28,047 nt of DNA from Chthoniobacteraceae bacterium (GTDB lineage: Bacteria; Verrucomicrobiota; Verrucomicrobiia; Chthoniobacterales; Chthoniobacteraceae): the NCBI GenBank assembly GCA_040081625.1, contig JBEBGD010000073.1, positions 1-28,047 of the forward strand. Reading direction: 5' to 3'. Under the pieces are notes generated by a model. It did not search any database. It was given only the letters and a program-made list of their open reading frames with translations, and was not told where the DNA came from. Below are positions 17,034 through 23,494 of this stretch, piece after piece. Numbering within the stretch: the stretch's first letter is position 1; every line of letters begins with the position of its first letter. The translations under genes and the position numbers were made by a program.

Positions 17034-19453
17034 AAGAAATCGATTACGACCAACTCACGCCGGCGCAGCAGGACTCGCTGCTGACTGCAGCGCATCCGCC
17101 CGCGGCCAACGAATTCGCCGACGCCCTCTTCGCGCTCGATGACGACGAGCAGCTCATCGGCTATCGGCGGCCCAACACGTTCAAGAGCGGCACGCCGATC
17201 AAATGGGACAAGGAAGTGATCTCGCTGGAAACCGGCGGGCCGATCCCGCTGATCGGGCAGCCGGAGAAACCGCGGGCGAAGAAGAAGGCGGTGGCGGCCG
17301 CGAGCGGCGTCAATGGCGATGGTGCAGGCGAGACGCAGTGGATCGCGATCCATGACATCGCGGTGACGAGCAATGTGCGCACGTCCTTCCCCGAGGCGGA
17401 GATGATCGAGATGCGTGCGAACTTCACGCAGCGCGGGTTCATGCCGGAGATTTCGCGGCTGCTCGTGCGCCCGGGCGGGCCGCTTGGGATGCCGTTCGAG
17501 CTGGTGCTCGGCGGGCGGCGGTATCGCGCGGCGTGCGACACGGGGATTTCGCCGGTGCCGTGCGTGGTGCGGGAGATGAGCGACGCGGAGATGCTCGAAC
17601 TCCAGCTCGTCGAGAACGTGCAGCGGAAGGGGCTGACGGTGATGGATGAAGCGGAGGGCATCTGCCGGCTGCTCGAACTGCGCGACGACGCCGGGGCGCT
17701 GGTGCACACGGCGAAGACGCTGGCGGAGCGGCTGGACTGTTCGCCGACGCACATCAGCGAATGCCGCAGCCTTCGCCGGCTGCGCGGGACGCCGGCGGGC
17801 GAGGCGATCGATCGCGGCGAACTCTCCAGCAAGCATGGCGTGCAGCTCGCGAAGGTGGCGGATCGAGCGAAGCGCGACGAACTCACGCACCGGGTGCTGC
17901 GCACGAGCGACGGCCGCGGCGCGTTGCCGGCGGAAGTGCTGGCGACGTGGATCAAGGATGAGGTGATGATCCAGCTCCGCGCGCTGGAGTTCGATCCGGA
18001 GGATGAAACGCTCGTAGCGGTGAAGCATGACGAGGCCGGCGCGCGGACGATGGGCGGCAAGTGCAGCGACTGTCCCTTCAACACGAAGAACGCGGAGGAC
18101 GATGACGGGCGCGATGCGCGGGCGGTGCCGATGTGCACGCACCCGCACTGTTTTCGCGAGAAGTTGGCGGCGTCGGAGCACGCGTGGGTGCGCGAGATGG
18201 CGGCGAAAGGATTGCACCCGCTGGAGCGCGAGCGGGCGGCGCGGCTGCTCGATCACACCGGGGAGCGGCTGGCGCCGAGCTCGGGGCATGTGGAGCTGGA
18301 TGAGCGGCCGGCGGAGTGGGTGCTGCGCGAGGGAACCAAACGGGTCGGGACGTGGAAGACGCTGATCAAAGGACAGGGCGTGCCGGTGACCGTCTTCAAG
18401 GATGCGAAGGGCAACGCGCACGAGGTCGTGAGCTACGAGCTGGCGGTGCGCGCGGCGGTGGCGAACGGGCACGACATTTTCCGCAAGGCGGAGACGGAGC
18501 AGGAGAAGACGACGGAAGCGCAGGCAGGCGCACCGCCGGCGGACAATGCGGTCGATCGCGCGGCGGAGCAGCTCCAGCGCGAGCGTGAAGCCGAGGAGCG
18601 CGAAGCGAAGCAGGAGCGCGAGGACTATCGGGCGGGGAAGATCGCCGAGGCGGAGTTCAACGCCGTGGTCGCCGGCGCGCACGGGACGAAGGTGGCGGAG
18701 GGATTTTGGGAGCGCGCGTGCGACCCGCTGATCCGGCTGCTCGACGAGCAGGGCGACACGACGCACGTCGCCGAGAGGCACGGCTTCGACGGCGACGGGG
18801 ACCAGGCGGGCGAGTGGCTGCGGAAGAAGATCGCGAAGCTGGAGGCGCCGTTCCGCATGGCGATGCTGGTCGAGCTGCTGCTCGCGCTCTATGTAAAGGA
18901 AGAGGCGGACGCCGAGCTGCCGAAGTGGGCGAAGGTGTTCGGCGTGGATTTGAAGAAGGTGCGCAAGGAAACGGAGAAGGGACTCGATGCGGAGGAGGCG
19001 GCGAACGACGAGCAGATGGAGATCGCGAACGGAGTGAGCTGGAGCAGCGAGAAGAAGGGCGTCGAGTTCGAGTGGGAGGGCAACCTTGCAACGAACCCCG
19101 ATGTCGCGGCGCTCGCGATCCCGAGCGGGAAGTTCAATGTGTTCGTCGGGGTGGCACAAGGCGTGAAGGGCTGGGTGGTCGGCTGGCAGATCGCCGAGAC
19201 AAAGAAGAAGCACCGCACGCTCGGCGAGCCTTGCGCGCTCGGCACCGCGCACTACAGCAATCGCACGCTGGCTTTCCGCACCGGCCTGCTCGCGGTGCGC
19301 GCCGCGCTCGGCGAACTCGGCGCGCCACCGCAGGACATCGCGCGGGTCGAGGCTTACATCGCGGCGGTGGAAGTGCCGGCGGACAAGTCGAAGCCGAAGA
19401 AGAAGCCAGCGAAAGGCGCGAAGCCCGCGAAGAAGAAAGGGGCGAAGAAGTGA
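17030..19453 (+). CDS. Large ParB/RepB/Spo0J-family protein
   Basis: NVRTSF, ELVLGGRRYRA (GxRR), VPCVVREMSD..ENVQRKGL, HTH (AKTLAERLDCSPTHIS), Cys cluster CSDC..CTHPHC and a Lys-rich tail. ATG at 17030. Confidence 0.88.
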   Translation: MKEIDYDQLTPAQQDSLLTAAHPPAANEFADALFALDDDEQLIGYRRPNTFKSGTPIKWDKEVISLETGGPIPLIGQPEKPRAKKKAVAAASGVNGDGAGETQWIAIHDIAVTSNVRTSFPEAEMIEMRANFTQRGFMPEISRLLVRPGGPLGMPFELVLGGRRYRAACDTGISPVPCVVREMSDAEMLELQLVENVQRKGLTVMDEAEGICRLLELRDDAGALVHTAKTLAERLDCSPTHISECRSLRRLRGTPAGEAIDRGELSSKHGVQLAKVADRAKRDELTHRVLRTSDGRGALPAEVLATWIKDEVMIQLRALEFDPEDETLVAVKHDEAGARTMGGKCSDCPFNTKNAEDDDGRDARAVPMCTHPHCFREKLAASEHAWVREMAAKGLHPLERERAARLLDHTGERLAPSSGHVELDERPAEWVLREGTKRVGTWKTLIKGQGVPVTVFKDAKGNAHEVVSYELAVRAAVANGHDIFRKAETEQEKTTEAQAGAPPADNAVDRAAEQLQREREAEEREAKQEREDYRAGKIAEAEFNAVVAGAHGTKVAEGFWERACDPLIRLLDEQGDTTHVAERHGFDGDGDQAGEWLRKKIAKLEAPFRMAMLVELLLALYVKEEADAELPKWAKVFGVDLKKVRKETEKGLDAEEAANDEQMEIANGVSWSSEKKGVEFEWEGNLATNPDVAALAIPSGKFNVFVGVAQGVKGWVVGWQIAETKKKHRTLGEPCALGTAHYSNRTLAFRTGLLAVRAALGELGAPPQDIARVEAYIAAVEVPADKSKPKKKPAKGAKPAKKKGAKK

Positions 19454-19530
19454 GCCGCCCGATGTCAACGGTTCTCGCGCCGTCTGGCCGCGAGAACGGG
19501 GGCTTGTGCAACGGAGGAGAGGCGCAGTGA
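19450..19530 (+). CDS. 26-aa leader ORF reading through the left half of the insertion site and ending inside attC-1
   Basis: GTG overlaps the ParB stop. VSRPMSTVLAPSGRENGGLCNGGEAQ* has GTT (19471) and AAC (19495) in frame, and its stop overlaps the next GTG. Confidence 0.5.
   Translation: MSRPMSTVLAPSGRENGGLCNGGEAQ
19465..19497. other. Left half of hairpin-type integron insertion site
   Basis: TCAACG-GTTCTCGCG-n9-CGCGAGAAC. TCAACGGTT is the inverted complement of AACCGTTGA at 20261-20269. Confidence 0.65.
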
Positions 19531-19569
19531 AGTCTAAGCCGCCCCGTTTGCACGAAGCCGTGGTTCGCC
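19491..19569 (-). repeat. attC-like recombination site 1
   Basis: Minus strand reads AAC-CACGG-CTT[C]GTGC-A[A]ACGG...CCGTT-GCACAAG-CCCCC-GTT: 5-nt spacers, 8-nt L'' with an extra C at position 4, 7-nt L' and a second unpaired base. Confidence 0.85.
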
Positions 19570-19915
19570 GCGCGAAACCGTCGCCGAAAAGCGCGCCTCT
19601 CCGTAGAGGAACAAGCCCCCGTTCGCCGCGCGATACGGAACAGGCAGCTATCACTTCCGAGATCGGCGCATTGGAAACCGCGCTTCGCTGCGCGGAAGAC
19701 GCCCTGCTCTACGCTCGCCGCGAACGCAACGTCATCCGAATTTGGAAGTGGAAGATTTGTATAGGGCGGCTGGAGGAAATGATCGCTTCAGAGCGGCCCG
19801 AACCCGCTGCGCTAGACGTGGGCGAGTGCCGGGCGTGCGGGTCGACCGAGGCAAGCGTCTGCCTAATTTTCAAGAACCCTTGCCCGCACCGTGATGGCAC
19901 TCGCCGCGCGGCGAA
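19497..19915. mobile_element. Gene cassette B (419 bp)
   Basis: Bounded by AA|C crossover points. Its ends GTTCGCCGCGCG (19563-19574) and CGCGCGGCGAAC (19905-19916) are perfect 12-bp complements, as expected for a circularisable cassette. Confidence 0.8.
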
Positions 19916-19949
19916 CGGGCGGCTGTGCAACGGAGGGATGGCCCCTTGA
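19527..19949 (+). CDS. Cassette B ORF, hypothetical with Cys-rich C-terminus
   Basis: GTG start inside attC-1 after GGAGGAGAGG; contains CRAC..C..CPH; stop lies inside attC-2. Confidence 0.65.
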   Translation: MKSKPPRLHEAVVRRAKPSPKSAPLRRGTSPRSPRDTEQAAITSEIGALETALRCAEDALLYARRERNVIRIWKWKICIGRLEEMIASERPEPAALDVGECRACGSTEASVCLIFKNPCPHRDGTRRAANGRLCNGGMAP

Positions 19950-19991
19950 ATAAGTCCTGCGATGCCCGTTTGCACGAGCCGATGGTTCCCG
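19910..19991 (-). repeat. attC-like recombination site 2
   Basis: Minus strand reads AAC-CATCG-GCT[C]GTGC-A[A]ACGG...CCGTT-GCACAGC-CGCCC-GTT, with the same geometry and extrahelical positions as site 1. Confidence 0.85.
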
Positions 19992-20262
19992 CCGGTAACG
20001 GTCGCGATGAGGGCCATCCCGTAGTGGAACAGCCGCCCGTTCCCGCCGGCACGGATAGCGGAGCCCCTGCGCTCGTGGAGTCTCCGGCGCGTGTCGAAGC
20101 ATTAGTGGAGGCTCTGGAAGCCGCGCTTCGCGACACGGAAAACGCCGGGAGACTCCTCTACAAAGCCGAGAAATACGCCGAATGGATATTCGCCGGCCAA
20201 GACGAAAAAGCCCTTAGGCGAACCATCGCCATAATGCGGCGTAGAGCCTCCACCGGCGGGAA
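19916..20262. mobile_element. Gene cassette A (347 bp, integrase-proximal)
   Basis: Ends GTTCCCGCCGGT (19985-19996) and ACCGGCGGGAAC (20252-20263) are perfect 12-bp complements. Confidence 0.8.
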
Positions 20263-20269
20263 CCGTTGA
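19946..20269 (+). CDS. Cassette A ORF, hypothetical helical protein
   Basis: TTG start inside attC-2, 8 nt after GGAGGG and overlapping the previous stop (alternative ATG 19982). It ends AAC CGT TGA in the attI-position site. Confidence 0.6.
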   Translation: MNKSCDARLHEPMVPAGNGRDEGHPVVEQPPVPAGTDSGAPALVESPARVEALVEALEAALRDTENAGRLLYKAEKYAEWIFAGQDEKALRRTIAIMRRRASTGGNR

Positions 20270-20290
20270 TTCACCCGAAATGAATCGGCA
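20257..20290 (-). other. attI-position site (right half of insertion site)
   Basis: Minus strand ...GAATCAACG-G|TTCCCG lies immediately 5' of intI, where attI normally sits. Confidence 0.65.
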
Positions 20291-20296
20291 CTAATT

Positions 20297-21328
20297 ATGA
20301 CCGCAACCGAAGCTGAACAACGGACGATCGAGGCTTGCCGGCGAGAGCGACTCTCGCTGGCGACGGAACGGGATTATGCTGGGTGCGTGCGCCGCTTTGT
20401 GGAGTGGCTCTCGACGAATTCCGGTTGCCAGTCGCTTTGCCCGGAGGATCGCGTCTGCGAGTATCTCTCGCAGCGGGCGCCGCATATCTCCGCCTCGACG
20501 CAGAATCAGTCGCTGCACGCGTTGCTGTTGTTTTATCGGGCGGTGCTCAAGCAGCCGCTCGGACGCCTGCCGGCCTGGGCTCGCGCGGAGCGGCCGCGCC
20601 GGCTGCCGGACTGGCTGCCGGATGCGGACGTGCGGCGGGTGCTGGCGCTGTTGCGCGATGAGGTTCATCTCGGCTGCTCGATGATGTATGGCAGCGGTCT
20701 GCGGGTGAATGAGGCCGCGGGGCTTCGCTGGCGGGCGATCAATTACGAGCATCTCGCGATCACGATCCGCGCGGGCAAGGGCGACAAGGATCGCACGGTG
20801 CCGCTGCCGGTCTCGCTCGTCGAGGAACTGCGGCGGCAGGAGCAGCACGCGCTGGCGCTGTGGCACGAAGATCGCGCTGTCGGCCGGCCGGGCGTGCAGA
20901 TTCCTGATGCGGTTGCGCACAAGAGTCCGCGGGCCGGCGAGGATTTTGGGATGTTCTGGGTGTTTCCCGCGGCTGGGTTGAGCCGCGATCCGCGCAGCGG
21001 GATTGTGCGGCGGCATCACCTCATCGACGACACGTTCGCGAACGCGCTGCGTCGTGCGGTGCGGCGTTCGGGCATCACGAAGAAGATCACGCCGCACTGT
21101 CTGCGGCATAGCTTCGCGACGGAGTATTTGCTCCAGGGCGGGGCGATTCATGAGCTCAAGGAACTGCTCGGGCACGCGTCGATCCAGACGACGGAGATCT
21201 ATCTGCACTGCCTGCCTGCGCTCGGCGCGCGGGTGCGGAGTCCGCTCGATCGCGAACCGACGAACATCGTGCGGCTCGCCGCGCCCGCCGCGGAGCCGGC
21301 GACGAACCGGATGAGGTGCCTGCCATGA
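20297..21328 (+). CDS. intI: Integron integrase (IntI family tyrosine recombinase)
   Basis: SASTQNQSLHALLLFY, YGSGLR, GKGDKDR, the IntI-specific insert GVQIPDAVAHKSPRAG..FWVFPA..SRDPRSGIVRRHH, HCLRHSFAT, LLGH, TTEIYLH and SPLD. Confidence 0.93.
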   Translation: MTATEAEQRTIEACRRERLSLATERDYAGCVRRFVEWLSTNSGCQSLCPEDRVCEYLSQRAPHISASTQNQSLHALLLFYRAVLKQPLGRLPAWARAERPRRLPDWLPDADVRRVLALLRDEVHLGCSMMYGSGLRVNEAAGLRWRAINYEHLAITIRAGKGDKDRTVPLPVSLVEELRRQEQHALALWHEDRAVGRPGVQIPDAVAHKSPRAGEDFGMFWVFPAAGLSRDPRSGIVRRHHLIDDTFANALRRAVRRSGITKKITPHCLRHSFATEYLLQGGAIHELKELLGHASIQTTEIYLHCLPALGARVRSPLDREPTNIVRLAAPAAEPATNRMRCLP

Positions 21329-22182
21329 GCGCGCACACGAACATCCCGTGGTGTGACTCGACGGTGAATCCGACGTCGGGGTGCGACGGGTGCGAGCTTT
21401 GGAATGGCCGCAAGCGGACTTGCTACGCGGGGACGTGGCAGGAGACGCGGGCGAGCCGCAACCCGGCGTTCGCGCACCTCTACGCACCGAACTTCAACGA
21501 AGTGCGGATGATCCCCGGGCGGGTGCGCGAGGCGATGAGCTGGAGCGATCTGCGCGGGGTGGATCGGGCGGACAAGCCGTGGCTGAACGGGCGTCCGCGG
21601 CACATCTTCGTGGGCGATCTGTCGGACATCTTTTCGCGCGCGGTGGATTTCGAGTATCTGCTGCGCGAGGTCATCGAGCCGTTCCGCGGCGAGCGCGGGC
21701 AGCGGCACGTGGGCATGGTGCTGACGAAGCGGCCGGTGCGGCTGGTCGAGTTCGCGGAGTGGCTGAAGGAGGATCGGGGGATCGTGTGGCCGGCGAACGT
21801 GATGGCGATGACGACGATCACGAGCCAGGCGACGGCGCGGACGCGGATCAAGGCGCTCGCGCAGTTCTTCGATGTGGCGCCGATCGCGCGGCTGATGGTG
21901 AGCGCGGAGCCGCTGCTCGAAGCTGTCGATTTGCTCGCGTGCGAAGGGTTCGAGAAGATGGATGGCGTGATCGTCGGCGGCGAGAGCGGCGCGGGCGCGG
22001 AGCCGTGCGAGTTCGACTGGCTCGGCGGGGTCATCGGCGCGTGCCGGGCGTTTGGCACGGAGATCAAGTGCTTCGTGAAACAGGCCGGCTCGCGCGCCGG
22101 GCTGCGCGATCGGAAGGGCGAGGACATGAGCGAGTGGCCGGAGCGTCTGCGGGTGCGGGAATTGCCGGAGGTCGCGGAGTGA
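21325..22182 (+). CDS. DUF5131 / phage Gp37-Gp68 family protein (three-Cys, radical-SAM-like)
   Basis: TNIPWCDSTVNPTSGCDGC..CYA, IFVGDLSDIF, LTKRP, SAEPLL, VIVGGESG and FVKQ motifs. Confidence 0.9.
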   Translation: MSAHTNIPWCDSTVNPTSGCDGCELWNGRKRTCYAGTWQETRASRNPAFAHLYAPNFNEVRMIPGRVREAMSWSDLRGVDRADKPWLNGRPRHIFVGDLSDIFSRAVDFEYLLREVIEPFRGERGQRHVGMVLTKRPVRLVEFAEWLKEDRGIVWPANVMAMTTITSQATARTRIKALAQFFDVAPIARLMVSAEPLLEAVDLLACEGFEKMDGVIVGGESGAGAEPCEFDWLGGVIGACRAFGTEIKCFVKQAGSRAGLRDRKGEDMSEWPERLRVRELPEVAE

Positions 22183-22661
22183 AGGCGCTGTCGCTGTGGC
22201 AACCCTGGGCGTCGGCGATTGCGATCGGCGCGAAGACGATCGAGACGCGGGGATGGTTCACGACTTACCGCGGGCCGCTGGCGATCCATGCTGCGAAGAC
22301 GGACACGCCCGAACTGCGCGAGTTCTTCGAGTGGCATCCGGCGTGCCGGCCGCTGCGCGCGGCTGGCTACGGACGATGGGAGGATTTGCCGCGGGGCGCG
22401 ATCGTGGCGACGTGCCGGCTGGCGGAGTGCCTGCGCACGACTGACATCGCCGGGCTCAGTTCGCAGGAGCGCGCGCTTGGCAATTACGACGAGGGCCGGT
22501 TCGGCTGGGTGCTGCGCGACATCGTGCGACTCGATGCGCCGATCACGGCGCGCGGGGCGCAGGGATTGTGGGAGTGGGACAACGGCGTGCCGGATTTGAG
22601 TCGGCCGACCTTGCCGGGATTGACGATGCCCGCCGGCACGCAACGACCGGAGCGGCGATGA
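22179..22661 (+). CDS. ASCH domain protein
   Basis: KALSLWQPWASAIAIGAKTIETRGW..YRGPLAIHAAK..ARGAQGLWEW; GTG start overlapping the previous stop. Confidence 0.9.
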   Translation: MKALSLWQPWASAIAIGAKTIETRGWFTTYRGPLAIHAAKTDTPELREFFEWHPACRPLRAAGYGRWEDLPRGAIVATCRLAECLRTTDIAGLSSQERALGNYDEGRFGWVLRDIVRLDAPITARGAQGLWEWDNGVPDLSRPTLPGLTMPAGTQRPERR

Positions 22662-23494
22662 GCGATCGTGCCGCGTCGCCCTCGGCGCTACTCGAGGCGG
22701 ATCTCGCACCGCCGCGCGTGGCGATGGTGGACGTCGTGGCCACCCACGACGCGGGCGACGTTGAGGACCGCCACGACGGGGAGGGCGATGGTGGACCGCT
22801 GACTCGCTACTGCGGCGGGAAGAATGGGAGCGGGGTGTGGCAGCGGCTGATTTCGATGATGCCGCCGCACGACGACTACATCGAGGCGTTCCTTGGGAGC
22901 GGGGCGATCATCCGGAGGAAGCGGGCGGCTCCAGGGCTCAACGTCGGGATCGACGTGGACGCGGGGGTCATCGCTGCGCACGACGTGGCGCGCGATCGTA
23001 AATATACGCTGGTCTGCGGAGATGCGGTGGCGTGGCTGCGCGACCATTGTCGCGCTCGGCGGAAGCGGCGGGTGCTCGTGTATTGCGATCCGCCGTATCT
23101 CGGCTCGTCGCGGGCGTGGCCGGATCGGCGGTGCTACGCGCACGAGATGAAGGGCGGGTTCGAGCACGCGGAGCTTCTGCAGATCCTCACGACGTTGCCG
23201 GCGATGGTGATGATCAACGGCTATGCGTGCCCGCAATACGACCTGACGCTGGCGGGTTGGCGCCGGATCGAATACCAGGCGCCGACGCGGGGCGGGCTGA
23301 AGACGGAGGTGGTGTGGATGAATTTCCCAGAGCCGACGGAGCTGCACGACTACCGTTTTCTCGGCGCGGATTTTCACGAGCGGTGCCGCATCCGGCGGAA
23401 GATCGCTCGGAACGTGGCGAAGCTGGCGGCGTTGCCGGCGCTGGAGCGCGCCGCGGTCATCGCCGGAATCAACGCGGGTGCAGGAGGCGAATGA
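22658..23494 (+). CDS. DNA adenine methyltransferase (D12/Dam-like)
   Basis: RYCGGK, YIEAFLGSGA (motif I) and YCDPPY (motif IV). Confidence 0.9.
   Translation: MSDRAASPSALLEADLAPPRVAMVDVVATHDAGDVEDRHDGEGDGGPLTRYCGGKNGSGVWQRLISMMPPHDDYIEAFLGSGAIIRRKRAAPGLNVGIDVDAGVIAAHDVARDRKYTLVCGDAVAWLRDHCRARRKRRVLVYCDPPYLGSSRAWPDRRCYAHEMKGGFEHAELLQILTTLPAMVMINGYACPQYDLTLAGWRRIEYQAPTRGGLKTEVVWMNFPEPTELHDYRFLGADFHERCRIRRKIARNVAKLAALPALERAAVIAGINAGAGGE

Noticed and set aside
16829..19654. 941-aa minus ORF and other long overlapping ORFs (7230-9053, 11189-12769, 20291-21487)
   Set aside because: GC-rich antisense shadows of well-supported + strand genes.
19495..19987. CRISPR array or DGR interpretation of the repeats
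   Set aside because: Only two imperfect repeats about 420 bp apart, with no cas genes and no reverse transcriptase.
19471..20263. Shufflon/invertible-segment reading, since each GTT...AAC segment has terminal inverted repeats
   Set aside because: Inversion would put in-frame stops in both ORFs (TCA 19788, TTA 20102). The terminal repeats differ between segments, the recombinase is IntI-type, and terminal complementarity is expected of excisable cassettes. Disfavoured, not formally excluded.
20200..20300. LexA box upstream of intI
   Set aside because: No CTGT-N8-ACAG or TGTTC-N4-GAACA-like motif is visible.
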